DNA of 63,923 bases, filler included, from an uncultured bacterium (GCA_964506785.1; 5 parts of 5 records of this genome joined end to end with filler, not necessarily neighbours in it); one strand, 5' to 3'; counted from the whole stretch's first letter, positions 1-9,698 are shown. The notes: generated by a model not told the origin, from the sequence alone. Made by a program: numbers and translations.

Positions 1-1581
1 CTATATGCCGCCTTTATCCCCGGGGAATTAAAGGAAAAAGAGAAAACCTTATCGCGTTTAAAAAAACTCCTTTCATTGAAAGAAACGGATGATAATAAAG
101 AGGACAACTTAGCAAAATACCACTCTTTTGAGCCGGTTAAAATCAAAGAATTGAATAAAAAAGAGCTGGCGGTTTTATCCGAAAATCTCCTGGATCTTCC
201 CGGGGTTTTTATCGAAGAAGAGCCGAAGCGTCTTTACCCCGAAAAAAAAATGGCCGCTCATCTATTGGGCTACCTGGGCGAAATTGACGAAAAGGAATTA
301 AAAAATCCGGATTATTTCGGCTACCGCCTGGGGGTGTTAATCGGGCAAACCGGCATTGAGAAAAACTTCGAAAAATATCTTAAAGGTGAAGACGGGGGGA
401 AACAAATCCTGGTTGACGCCCGGGGAAGATTTGTCAGGGTTTTAGGCAGTAAACAGCCGTCTCCGGGTAATAAGGTTTATCTAACCATAGATAAAAAAAT
501 TCAAGGAATCGCCGAGAAAGCCTTAGGGGAAAAAGCCGGGGTGATAATAGTCAGCTCAGTAAAAACCGGCGAGATACTAGCTATGGCCAGCCATCCGGCC
601 TTTGATCCGAATATTTTTGTCAGTCCTTTGAAAAGACGGGATTTAGCCCGTCTTTCCCGGCATTCGAAATCCCCATTTATGAACAGGGCTATCCAGTGTA
701 CCTATGCCCCGGGTTCAATCTTTAAAATAATCACTGCCGTAACAGCTTTAGAGAAAGATTTAATCTCACCCCGCCAAAAACTAAATTGTTCCGGGATATA
801 TAAATTAGGCAACCAAACATTTCACTGTTGGAAAGAAGAAGGACACGGTCAGGTAAATCTATTATCGGCCATTGAACAATCATGCAATGTCTATTTTTAT
901 CAGCTCGCCGAAAAAATGGATGTCGACGACCTTAATCTCTACGGACACCGCTTCGGATTAGGCGAAAAAAGCGATATTGAACTTCCCTATGAACAGAAAG
1001 GGGTTTTGCCTTCTCGTAAATGGAAAAGGGAAAAATACCACACTATTTGGTATCCGGGGGAAACATTGAATTTATCTATCGGGCAGGGATATGTTGCCAT
1101 TACTCCAATTCAGATTTTAAATTTAATCTCGATGGTTGCGAACGAAGGCGTAGTTTTTCAGCCTCAGGTGATAAAAAAGATTACCACACCGCAAGGGAAA
1201 CCAATCAAATCTTTTAAACCCAAGCCGCTTAAAACAGTTAGCCTGGCGCCAAAGACCTGGCGGTTAGTCAAAGGAGGTTTGAGAAGGGTAGTAAACGGCA
1301 AGCACGGGACAGGAATGCTGGCCCGTCTGGATAATGTGGAAGTAGCCGGGAAGACCGGAACGGCTCAAGTGATAAAAAATAAAATTTTTCAAGACAGACT
1401 CAAGAAAAATATCCCTTACCGTTTTCGAAACCATGCCTGGTTCGCCGGTTTTGCTCCTTTTACCGATCCAGAGATTGCTATTGTCGTTTTTGTCGAACAC
1501 GGCGGACAGGGAGGTTCGGACGCGGCTCCAATCGCCAAAGAAATGCTTAGTCAAATCTTTCCTCCGGTAGAAAGCCTTTAA
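1..1581 (+). CDS. mrdA: Penicillin-binding protein 2 (5' partial; frame open from base 1)
   Basis: PGSIFK (SxxK), SCN (SxN) and KTG motifs; dimerisation domain; followed by rodA. Confidence 0.95.
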   Translation, partial: LYAAFIPGELKEKEKTLSRLKKLLSLKETDDNKEDNLAKYHSFEPVKIKELNKKELAVLSENLLDLPGVFIEEEPKRLYPEKKMAAHLLGYLGEIDEKELKNPDYFGYRLGVLIGQTGIEKNFEKYLKGEDGGKQILVDARGRFVRVLGSKQPSPGNKVYLTIDKKIQGIAEKALGEKAGVIIVSSVKTGEILAMASHPAFDPNIFVSPLKRRDLARLSRHSKSPFMNRAIQCTYAPGSIFKIITAVTALEKDLISPRQKLNCSGIYKLGNQTFHCWKEEGHGQVNLLSAIEQSCNVYFYQLAEKMDVDDLNLYGHRFGLGEKSDIELPYEQKGVLPSRKWKREKYHTIWYPGETLNLSIGQGYVAITPIQILNLISMVANEGVVFQPQVIKKITTPQGKPIKSFKPKPLKTVSLAPKTWRLVKGGLRRVVNGKHGTGMLARLDNVEVAGKTGTAQVIKNKIFQDRLKKNIPYRFRNHAWFAGFAPFTDPEIAIVVFVEHGGQGGSDAAPIAKEMLSQIFPPVESL

Positions 1582-1588
1582 AAAAACC

Positions 1589-2683
1589 ATGCTTAAACGA
1601 ACCTTTAAAAATTTTAACTGGTCTCTTTTTATCGCCGCTGTGCTCCTAAGCGTTATCGGCATTATTCTCATCCGCAGCTCTACCCATGGGAGGGTTTCTT
1701 CCGGACAGCTAAGCCTGCCGCTTAAACAAATTTTATGGCTGATATTGGGATTTACCGCTTTAATAATCAGTTTCCGCACCGATTACCATCTGCTCATTTC
1801 TTTAGCCATTCCGTTTTATGCGATAACTATTTTTCTTCTTTTACTGGTTTTAATCTTTGGAGAAAGCCGCTGGGGGGCTCAACGCTGGCTGCAAATAGGC
1901 GGATTTGCCTTGCAACCTTCAGAATTTATGAAAATTTCTCTAATCTTAATTCTGGCCTATCAGTTAGAGCAACAAAAAGGGAATTTTTTTCAAATTAAAT
2001 CTTTAGCTGTATCTACCGGTTTATTGCTTCTACCGATGGCCGTAATCTTTAAACAGCCCGATTTGGGAACGGCCATTATTCTTTTCCCTATCTATCTGGG
2101 GATGCTATATTTATCCGGAGTGCGAAATAAACATTTAATCGGGATAATGGTAACGGTTTTATCGCTCCTGCCAATTTTCTGGTTTTTATTAAAAGATTAT
2201 CAAAAAGCCCGGCTTCTGGTCTTTTTAAATCCTAACTCCGACCCTTTAGGTTCGGGATACAGCATAATTCAATCAAAAATTGCCATTGGTTCCGGCGGGC
2301 TGTTAGGCAAGGGGTGGCTTTCCGGAACACAGACGCAGTTACATTTTCTCCCCGAGCATCATACCGATTTTATTTTCTCCGTCCTGGGAGAAGAATGGGG
2401 TTTCTTAGGGGCAATTTTCGTAATTTCCATTTTTATTGTTCTCATCAGACAGGGATTAAAGATTTGCTTTAACGCCCGGGACACTTTAGGCAGCCTTTTA
2501 GCCGGCGGCATTGTCATTATGTTTATTACCCAGATTTTTGTTAATATCGCCGTAACCATGGGTATTTTGCCGGCAACCGGTATACCCCTTCCCTTTATCA
2601 GTTATGGAGGTTCATCCCTTTTAGTCTCCCTTTTTTCTATCGGCATCCTTCTCAATATTCAATCGAAATCATTCCTCTTTTAA
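1589..2683 (+). CDS. rodA: Rod shape-determining protein RodA (SEDS family)
   Basis: Multi-TM; QPSEFMK, QPDLGT, LPEHHTDFIF, P.ISYGGSS motifs. Confidence 0.95.
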   Translation: MLKRTFKNFNWSLFIAAVLLSVIGIILIRSSTHGRVSSGQLSLPLKQILWLILGFTALIISFRTDYHLLISLAIPFYAITIFLLLLVLIFGESRWGAQRWLQIGGFALQPSEFMKISLILILAYQLEQQKGNFFQIKSLAVSTGLLLLPMAVIFKQPDLGTAIILFPIYLGMLYLSGVRNKHLIGIMVTVLSLLPIFWFLLKDYQKARLLVFLNPNSDPLGSGYSIIQSKIAIGSGGLLGKGWLSGTQTQLHFLPEHHTDFIFSVLGEEWGFLGAIFVISIFIVLIRQGLKICFNARDTLGSLLAGGIVIMFITQIFVNIAVTMGILPATGIPLPFISYGGSSLLVSLFSIGILLNIQSKSFLF

Positions 2684-2684
2684 A

Positions 2685-3644
2685 ATGAGCGAAGAAGCCA
2701 GTAAAATGAATGAAGAATCCAACCGGGTTATAATTATTTTAGGGCCGAGTGCTTCTGGAAAATCCGAAATTGCCCTGGTTTTAGCCGGGGAGCTGGGCGC
2801 ATCCATTATCTCCGCAGATGCCTTTCAAATCTATCGGGGAATGGATATCGGAACGGCTAAACCTTCAAAAGAATGCCGCCGGCAGATTAAACATTACCTG
2901 ATAGATGTGGCCGAAACGGATGAAGATTTCGATGTGGCTAGGTTCAAGGCTTTAGCCGAAGAGGCCATTAGGAAAATTAAACAACAAGGGAAAACTCCTT
3001 TAGTCGTCGGGGGAACGGGGCTATACATAAAAGCTCTTACCCGGGGGCTGGTATCAGCGCCAAAAAAGAATAAGAAGCTGCGGGATAAGTTAGAGAAGCT
3101 GGAAAAAAACAGAGGAGAGGGTTTTCTTCACCAGAGGCTTAAAAAAGTTGACCCGGAAGCGGCCCGGCGAATCCATCCTCATGACCAGAGGCGGATTATC
3201 CGCGCTTTAGAGGTTTATGAATTAACCGGACTTCCTTTATCCCGGATTCAAAAGGACGGGGAAAAACCAGATAACAGATTTGAATTTATCAAAATTGGCT
3301 TGATGCGTCCGCGAAAGGAATTATATAAGCGGGCAGAGGAGAGAATAGATGAGATGTTTAAGCAAGGCTGGATAGAAGAAGTAAGGACTTTGCTTGATAA
3401 AAATTATCAGCCAAGACTTGTTTCCATGCATGCTTTGGGTTACCAGGAAATCAGCCGGTTTCTTGCCGGTAAGATTACTTTAGAAAAGGCCAAATCCTTA
3501 ATTAAACAAAATACCCGGCAATTTATAAAACGGCAGTTGACCTGGTTTAAAAAGGAAACGGATATCCACTGGATAAATATAGATAAAAATCAAAGAAACG
3601 AAGAAATTTTATTACAAATTAGAGGGATTTTAGAAAGACGGTAG
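2685..3644 (+). CDS. miaA: tRNA dimethylallyltransferase
   Basis: GPSASGKS P-loop, DIGTAKP, VGGTGLY, KRQLTWF. Confidence 0.95.
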   Translation: MSEEASKMNEESNRVIIILGPSASGKSEIALVLAGELGASIISADAFQIYRGMDIGTAKPSKECRRQIKHYLIDVAETDEDFDVARFKALAEEAIRKIKQQGKTPLVVGGTGLYIKALTRGLVSAPKKNKKLRDKLEKLEKNRGEGFLHQRLKKVDPEAARRIHPHDQRRIIRALEVYELTGLPLSRIQKDGEKPDNRFEFIKIGLMRPRKELYKRAEERIDEMFKQGWIEEVRTLLDKNYQPRLVSMHALGYQEISRFLAGKITLEKAKSLIKQNTRQFIKRQLTWFKKETDIHWINIDKNQRNEEILLQIRGILERR

Positions 3645-3645
3645 C

Positions 3646-4908
3646 ATGGAAAAAAAAGAAAGGGCGATTTTGGTGGGGGTAAAGCTGCGCCGGCAGCCCC
3701 GATGGGCTGTAAATGACTATTTGGCGGAATTAAAAGAGTTAACCGGCACCGCCGGGGCAAAGGTTATTGAAACAGTTGTATCAAACCAGGATAAGTTTCA
3801 GCCGCAATATTTAATCGGGAGCGGGAAAGCAGAAGAGTTAGCCCTTAAGGCAGAGGAAAATGAAGCGGACTTAATTATTTTTGACGAAGATTTATCGCCG
3901 GCCCAACAGAGAAATTTGGAAGAAAAAACCGGCTTAAAAATTATCGACCGGACACAGCTTATTTTAGATATCTTCGCCCAGCATGCCCAGAGCCAGGAGG
4001 GAAAATTTCAAGTAGAGCTGGCACAGCTTAATTATCTGCTTCCCCGGTTGGTAGGCAAAGGCACAATTCTTTCCCGTTTAGGAGGGGGTATCGGGACCCG
4101 GGGGCCGGGTGAAACTAAATTGGAGATTGACCGTCGAAGGGTGCGAGAAAAAATCGGGCGGTTAAAAAAGGATATCGAAAAGATAAGAGGCCATCGGATG
4201 CTTCAGCGGAAGCAGAGGAAAGAACGAGCAGTGCCGACGATTGCTTTAGTCGGATATACGAATAGCGGCAAATCTACCCTTTTAAATAGCCTGACCGGGG
4301 CCCAGGTTCCGGTAGAAGATAAACTTTTTTCCACCCTTGACCCTGTTACCCGAAAGGCGCAGTTATCCAATAATCAACTTATCCTTCTAATCGATACAGT
4401 GGGTTTTATAAGAAAACTCCCTTATCACCTAATCGCTTCATTTAAGGCTACTTTAGAAGAAATCACCGAGGCTGACCTTTTACTGCATATTTTAGACGCC
4501 CATCATCCGCAGGTGATAGAACATGAGAAAACTGTGCGAGAGATACTTGAGGAAATCGGGGCTAAAGGGAAAGAGGTAATCCCGGTTTTAAATAAGATTG
4601 ATTTATTGGAAAACCCGCATGCCTTGCGAAGATTGGAAAAGTCTCTTTCGGATGCAGTGGCTATCTCGGCCTTAAAAAAGGAAAATTTGAATTCGCTTTT
4701 ATCGAGAATTATGGAAAGACTTGAGGGCCGCTACCAGAAAATTCGGCTATTTATTCCTTTATCTCAAGGAAGGCTTATTGCCCGGCTTCACCAGGACGGG
4801 GAGATTCTTAAAGAGGAATATTTAGAAAACGGGGTGGATATGACCCTTCAAATCAGGCGGGAGTGGGTCGAGCAACTAAGGCCGTATAAATTTAATCCTG
4901 ATAGGTAG
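3646..4908 (+). CDS. hflX: GTPase HflX
   Basis: GIGTRGPGETKLE, GYTNSGKS, DTVGF, NKID. Confidence 0.97.
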   Translation: MEKKERAILVGVKLRRQPRWAVNDYLAELKELTGTAGAKVIETVVSNQDKFQPQYLIGSGKAEELALKAEENEADLIIFDEDLSPAQQRNLEEKTGLKIIDRTQLILDIFAQHAQSQEGKFQVELAQLNYLLPRLVGKGTILSRLGGGIGTRGPGETKLEIDRRRVREKIGRLKKDIEKIRGHRMLQRKQRKERAVPTIALVGYTNSGKSTLLNSLTGAQVPVEDKLFSTLDPVTRKAQLSNNQLILLIDTVGFIRKLPYHLIASFKATLEEITEADLLLHILDAHHPQVIEHEKTVREILEEIGAKGKEVIPVLNKIDLLENPHALRRLEKSLSDAVAISALKKENLNSLLSRIMERLEGRYQKIRLFIPLSQGRLIARLHQDGEILKEEYLENGVDMTLQIRREWVEQLRPYKFNPDR

Positions 4909-4932
4909 CGATAAAAAATTTCGGAAAAATTT

Positions 4933-4961
4933 TTGACAAGGGCTATTTTTTATGTTATACT
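4933..4961 (+). promoter_or_regulatory. Sigma70-type promoter for the riboswitch-controlled gene
   Basis: TTGACA (4933-4938), 17 bp spacer, TG-n-TATACT (4956-4961). Confidence 0.8.
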
Positions 4962-4981
4962 TCCTTATGAATTTAGATGAA

Positions 4982-5068
4982 TCTTCGAAAAGGCAATCTG
5001 CCTGATTAAGCGGCAGAACGCAAAACCACGGGTTCTAAAGGATTGGAACAGCCGGGTTACCGAAAAGA
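4982..5068 (+). promoter_or_regulatory. Cyclic di-GMP-I (GEMM) riboswitch aptamer
   Basis: AAAGGCAA-P2(CTGCC/GGCAG)-ACGCAAAACCACGG..CTAA..ACAGCCGGGTTACCGAA matches the GEMM-I consensus; G at the G20-equivalent position. Confidence 0.8.
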
Positions 5069-5087
5069 CGGTAGCCCGGTTTTTTTT
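5051..5087 (+). terminator. Riboswitch expression-platform intrinsic terminator
   Basis: GCCGGGTTACCG/CGGTAGCCCGGT stem followed by a T run; 5' arm overlaps the aptamer 3' end. Confidence 0.85.
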
Positions 5088-5186
5088 GTGGTTCGATAGG
5101 CTTATTACCCTGAGCTGAGTCGAAGGGTCAAGCCGGGTTATCAAAAAATGGTAATTCGGTTTTGTTATTTAAAGGAGGATTAAAAA

Positions 5187-7856
5187 ATGTTCAAAAAGAA
5201 GCTTAAAAGAAGTAGAAGTCTTAAGGTTTTAGCTTTAATAGTAAGCCAGGCCTTTATTGTTACCTCGGCCTTTGCCTATCCGATTTCAGGGGGTCTAGCC
5301 AAAGAGGAATATCTAAGGGTAAAAGCGGCAGCTCATAATAATATCGCGGGGGACATAGTCTCATTCAATAGAGGGATAGGTGTCTCTTTTACAGAAAATA
5401 ATGAAGCTATTGCTGACCCCAAGTTAGAGTTACGGCAGATTTTTGGGCCAACTCAGCTTCCAATGGGTACCGACAAGAAGGTTATAGATGAACGAGAAGA
5501 AGAAAGAGGAAATATTCAAGGGGCATTGCTATTTTTAAGGGTGGCAGAGGACGTAGGCGACGTAGAAGTAAAATATTGGGAAATAGCCGATTTTATTCAA
5601 AATCGGGTTTCAATCCTTCTGACTGTTCCCGAAAATGATTCCGCTTTTTTGGTAGCTAGGAGTCCAAGCGAATACTCAGTCATGCATCACGGTTTAACAA
5701 GAAACACACTGTATATGTCAATAAAAATGTATGAAAAGATAAAAGACGACCCAGAGTTACTTGCGGGGGCTTTAGTATATTCAGGAACTATTCTCAAATT
5801 ATGGCATGACTTTGCGTCAGAACAGGAGATGACTTTAAAGGAGCTTAGTCAGTGGAGAAAAAAGAAAAAAAACCGCGAAGCAGTAAAAAATCTCAGTATC
5901 CTTTTTTCCAAACAAGCTAAGATATTGGAAGAGAAAATCGTTTATAAGAGACTGGACGACATAATTAACGCTTCCTTATTTGCAGCCATAGTAAAAACAA
6001 GGAAAATAAAGATAGCTAACCTTGATGCTGGAATTAAAGTTTTAAGTGGCATATTTTTTAATGACGCGTATAAATCTAATTTTAGCGAAGCTAACCTTGC
6101 ATACATGGAAAAAAGAGCAGGCCTTTTGAAGGAAGAAAGAGATAAACTATATGACGAAATCGAATCTTTTACCAAAGGGCTTAAACCAGCAGAACGAGAT
6201 ATTTTAGAAAATGATTTAGAAAATGATTCCCGTTTTCAATTAGACTGTAACATTGCAGAAAAACAAGGAATAATTGAGCAATTTGAGCGGTTAATGTCAA
6301 TATCTGCGGGAAATTCAAAAATGACTCAATCTTTCAAAAACCAGCTGGTTGATTTTGTTAAGCTAAAGGATGTAACAGAACAACTAATACAGTTAGGAAA
6401 AAAGAGAGCACAATGGAGGCGAGAAGTTAAAGATAGCGCCAGAGAGGAAAAGAAAAATAAGAAACCTAAGGTGCTTGGACGAGTGGATAAAGTAACAACT
6501 TCCGCCATAGATGGTGGGGTTTTGGTTGAAGGTATTAAAACTTTAAGAGATGATTTATACCAAGAGGTCCCCGGAACCAACGGAGTGGCAGTCAGGAGCC
6601 GTTTAGATGCAAATGAGGTTTATGTAGCAACAAGCGAATCAACGGATAGAATGAAAATTTACAGCAAATTCGAGTCTGGAATGGGAAAAAATCAAATTAA
6701 GCTAAGCGATTTTAGACCATTTTTTCGAGAGGTTATTGAGGAAAATAGTCTTGAATATATCCCGGGGTCAGATAAAAAATTAGCGTGGAATCCTGAATTA
6801 CCATCAGTTATTTATGAAGTGAAAAGAGATGAAAACGGGGAAAATTTCCTTTTCGGACCTCAAGGGGGGGGAGTAGTAAAAGTAATAAAGCAGAAAAAAA
6901 CAGAAATAAGCCGGGAAAGAGACATTGTAAACAAGGCTTATAAAACAGCTGAGTTAAAAGGTAAAATTGATGCGTTAGAAACTGTAGCAGCTAAAACACA
7001 ATCCCAGGTAGAGCCCTATTGGCCAAAAGGTAAATTGGCAAAGGAAATTAGTGAATTAGAGAACGAAATAGCTATGCTTGGGTTTTCTGATTTTTATGAC
7101 CAGAAAGTCGTTAACAGCAAAGGGATAGAGAAAGAGCTGGAATTAGCCAGACGGAAGGCGCAGATGGAAAAGTTTGAGGCAATCCGTACTGGTAACTATA
7201 CTAAAAGTTCAAAAGCCGCGGCGGTTAAAGGAATTTTCAACGAAGTATACCCGAAAGAAATGAGAATGTTGGAAGCGCAATTAACCGAAGCATTGGAAAA
7301 AAATAGACAGGCGGTTATAATTGACTGGGAGCTGTTGAAAAATGACCCGGGTTTAGTTTTGATGATTATGGAAGCCAATCAGACATTGAAATTCGGATTG
7401 GCAATGCCAAAGCCTGAAGAAAAAGCCGTTAATTTTTTGAAAGAGGTTGAAAAACAAACATATAAAATCGGTAGTCTAACGGGTAAATTCGATTTTTATG
7501 TTCCCTATGCCTTAAACAAGGCTCAAGTAATAGAGCTGGTTAAAAATATAAAAACGGAACAAGCTGTAGAAAAAATAGCCGCCCTGGGAACTGTTGAGTG
7601 GGCCTCACTTTATAAAGACATCGATGACTGTATTGCCATTGCCTGCCAGATTGGAACCGAAGGAGGCAACGTTGCCCAGGGGCCGGAAGCTCTAAAGGCG
7701 GCCATGGTCTTGTTGAATACAGAAATCTTTAAAGAAGAAGCCGAAAAATATGCCGCCAATAGAGAAAACGGTGTTTATAATTTCGCCTCAAGGGATTTAG
7801 GCCACCGGCTGCAACTCATCATGGATTATCGTAAAGAACTGGCGGTCTTTGAGTAA
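5187..7856 (+). CDS. Large hypothetical secreted protein (889 aa), coiled-coil rich
   Basis: Long ORF, AAGGAGG RBS, N-terminal signal peptide (basic region, hydrophobic core, SAFA); no recognisable domain. Confidence 0.85.
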   Translation: MFKKKLKRSRSLKVLALIVSQAFIVTSAFAYPISGGLAKEEYLRVKAAAHNNIAGDIVSFNRGIGVSFTENNEAIADPKLELRQIFGPTQLPMGTDKKVIDEREEERGNIQGALLFLRVAEDVGDVEVKYWEIADFIQNRVSILLTVPENDSAFLVARSPSEYSVMHHGLTRNTLYMSIKMYEKIKDDPELLAGALVYSGTILKLWHDFASEQEMTLKELSQWRKKKKNREAVKNLSILFSKQAKILEEKIVYKRLDDIINASLFAAIVKTRKIKIANLDAGIKVLSGIFFNDAYKSNFSEANLAYMEKRAGLLKEERDKLYDEIESFTKGLKPAERDILENDLENDSRFQLDCNIAEKQGIIEQFERLMSISAGNSKMTQSFKNQLVDFVKLKDVTEQLIQLGKKRAQWRREVKDSAREEKKNKKPKVLGRVDKVTTSAIDGGVLVEGIKTLRDDLYQEVPGTNGVAVRSRLDANEVYVATSESTDRMKIYSKFESGMGKNQIKLSDFRPFFREVIEENSLEYIPGSDKKLAWNPELPSVIYEVKRDENGENFLFGPQGGGVVKVIKQKKTEISRERDIVNKAYKTAELKGKIDALETVAAKTQSQVEPYWPKGKLAKEISELENEIAMLGFSDFYDQKVVNSKGIEKELELARRKAQMEKFEAIRTGNYTKSSKAAAVKGIFNEVYPKEMRMLEAQLTEALEKNRQAVIIDWELLKNDPGLVLMIMEANQTLKFGLAMPKPEEKAVNFLKEVEKQTYKIGSLTGKFDFYVPYALNKAQVIELVKNIKTEQAVEKIAALGTVEWASLYKDIDDCIAIACQIGTEGGNVAQGPEALKAAMVLLNTEIFKEEAEKYAANRENGVYNFASRDLGHRLQLIMDYRKELAVFE

Positions 7857-7909
7857 TAATGGGTAGACTAATTAAATAGGGAAAAGGGAGGCAAATCCCT
7901 TTTTGATGG

Positions 7910-7945
7910 AACAGTCCGGCTGAAACCAGCCGGGCTGTTTTTTTT
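7910..7945 (+). terminator. Intrinsic terminator
   Basis: AACAGTCCGGCTG-AAAC-CAGCCGGGCTGTT followed by a T run. Confidence 0.85.
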
Positions 7946-7948
7946 ATT

Positions 7949-7977
7949 TTGACAATTGCTTTTTTCTATGTTAAAAT
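7949..7977 (+). promoter_or_regulatory. Sigma70-type promoter
   Basis: TTGACA, 17 bp spacer, TG-n-TAAAAT. Confidence 0.7.
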
Positions 7978-7996
7978 CCGAAACATCAATTAAAAA

Positions 7997-8668
7997 ATGA
8001 AAAGACTAACTTTAATCCTATCGATTTTCGGAATGCTGGTTTATCTTATCCCGGAGGTTAAGGCGGCGGAGCCGTATCAAAAAAAATATCCTTTCAAATC
8101 GGCCATCATTCATTATGAAATAAAAGGCGAGGTGCAAAGCGGGACGGAGGAGTTGTATATTCAAGGGGTTAAAAGTTGTTCCATAAAACACATCACCATA
8201 AAGGTCCTGAACAATATTCAAAAGCAGGACTTGATGGTAATCGACGACGGAGAAAATGTATACTCGATTGATTTAAATGAAAAAACCGGCACCAAAATGG
8301 TCAGTCCATATAAGATGACTCAGGAGTTAACTCCGGAGGAAAGGGAAAAATTAGAGGAGACCGGTCTGGCCCTAGTCAAGGGAATAAGCGGGAAGCTTAA
8401 CCATGAGCCGATTGGGACAGAAAATATTTTAGGCAAACCCTGCAAAATCTATAAGATTTTCGGGGTGAAAAGCTGGCAGTGGGAAGGGGTTCCTTTAAAG
8501 ACAGAGATGCAGATGATGGGGAAAATTACCCAGACAGCCACCAAGATAGATGTCAACAAGGCAATTTCGGATAGCCGGTTTAAAGTACCGGCCGGGATAA
8601 AAGTTAGGGATATAAGCAACGAACAGAAAAATCTGTTTGAAACTAATTTTTTGGAAGGGATAAAATAA
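7997..8668 (+). CDS. Secreted protein, DUF4412-like
   Basis: Signal peptide; GTENILGKPCK.Y, W.G.PLK, FKVPAG motifs. Confidence 0.65.
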   Translation: MKRLTLILSIFGMLVYLIPEVKAAEPYQKKYPFKSAIIHYEIKGEVQSGTEELYIQGVKSCSIKHITIKVLNNIQKQDLMVIDDGENVYSIDLNEKTGTKMVSPYKMTQELTPEEREKLEETGLALVKGISGKLNHEPIGTENILGKPCKIYKIFGVKSWQWEGVPLKTEMQMMGKITQTATKIDVNKAISDSRFKVPAGIKVRDISNEQKNLFETNFLEGIK

Positions 8669-9597
8669 TGAACCCGAAGACATATATCAAAAAGGCAGAA
8701 GAAAAAATCAGAAAAAAGATAGGCGGGAAGAAAGCCCTTTGCGCTACTTCGGGCGGGGTAGACAGCATGACCTGCGCCGTTTTAGCCCACCGGGTGCTTA
8801 AAAATAGGCTAAAATTACTTTTTATCGACGACGGACTGATGCGCCAGGATGAAGGGAAAACGGTAAAAAAAGACCTGGCGAAATTAGGGATAAAATTGGA
8901 GATTCTTTCGGCAGAAAAACAATTCTTTTCCGCCCTAAAAGGGAAAATAGACCCGGAAGAAAAAAGAAAGGCTTTTAGAAATATTTTTTACCGAACCTTA
9001 GGAGGGGCAATTAAAAAAAATCGGGCGGAATTCTTGATACAGGGAACTATCGCCGCCGATGTAAAAGAAACCAAAGCCGGAGTTAAAACCCAGCATAATG
9101 TGCTGGAACAGATTGGTCTAAACCCAGAAAGATTCGGCTTTCAAGTTATTGAACCGTTAGTCAGCTTATACAAAGATGAGGTACGAAAAGTTGCCAGGGC
9201 TTTAGGGTTGCCGGCAAAATATTACCAGCGCATGCCTTTTCCCGGCCCGGGATTAGCCACCCGAATCGTGGGAGAGGTAACTCCAAAAAGAACGGCAGTT
9301 GTCCGCCGGGCAGTTAAAATTGTAGAGGAAGAAACAGTTCACCTTAAGCCGTTTCAGGCTTTTGCCGTCCTTTTATCTGACCGGGCTACCGGGATAATTA
9401 AAGGGAAAAGGATGTTTGGCGAGATTGTTGCCGTTCGTTCCGTTGAATCTGAAAAGGCCTTAAGGGCGGAAGCAACGAATCTTCCCTGGAAAGTCCTGAA
9501 AAAAATTCAAAAAAGAATTATCAGAGAAATCCCTTCGGTGACCAAAGTCCTATATGACCTTACCCCAAAACCCCCCAGCACGATCGAATATATCTAA
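8668..9597 (+). CDS. guaAB: GMP synthase ATP-pyrophosphatase subunit B (no glutaminase domain)
   Basis: SGGVDS, DPEEKRK, KTQHNV, YKDEVR, PFPGPGL, C-terminal KPPSTIEY. Confidence 0.9.
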   Translation: MNPKTYIKKAEEKIRKKIGGKKALCATSGGVDSMTCAVLAHRVLKNRLKLLFIDDGLMRQDEGKTVKKDLAKLGIKLEILSAEKQFFSALKGKIDPEEKRKAFRNIFYRTLGGAIKKNRAEFLIQGTIAADVKETKAGVKTQHNVLEQIGLNPERFGFQVIEPLVSLYKDEVRKVARALGLPAKYYQRMPFPGPGLATRIVGEVTPKRTAVVRRAVKIVEEETVHLKPFQAFAVLLSDRATGIIKGKRMFGEIVAVRSVESEKALRAEATNLPWKVLKKIQKRIIREIPSVTKVLYDLTPKPPSTIEYI

Positions 9598-9600
9598 AAA

Positions 9601-9697
9601 AATAGGGAATAGTGGTAGGTTGAAGGTAATAGGGCGTAGGTTGTAGATAGTGAGACATAGGTTATAGGCAGTAGGTAGTAGGTAATAGGTGGTGGGT
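9601..9697. repeat. Degenerate period-7 array (GTNNTAG-like, about 13 units)
   Basis: gtggtag gttgaag gtaatag ggcgtag gttgtag ... gttatag gcagtag gtagtag gtaatag. Confidence 0.75.
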
Positions 9698-9698
9698 T

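Noticed and set aside
3640-3650. miaA directly followed by hflX with no hfq
   Set aside because: Common in lineages lacking hfq
5055-5061. Other GGTTACC occurrences (5055, about 13840, about 35863)
   Set aside because: Not followed by TTTACTT at 14-nt spacing
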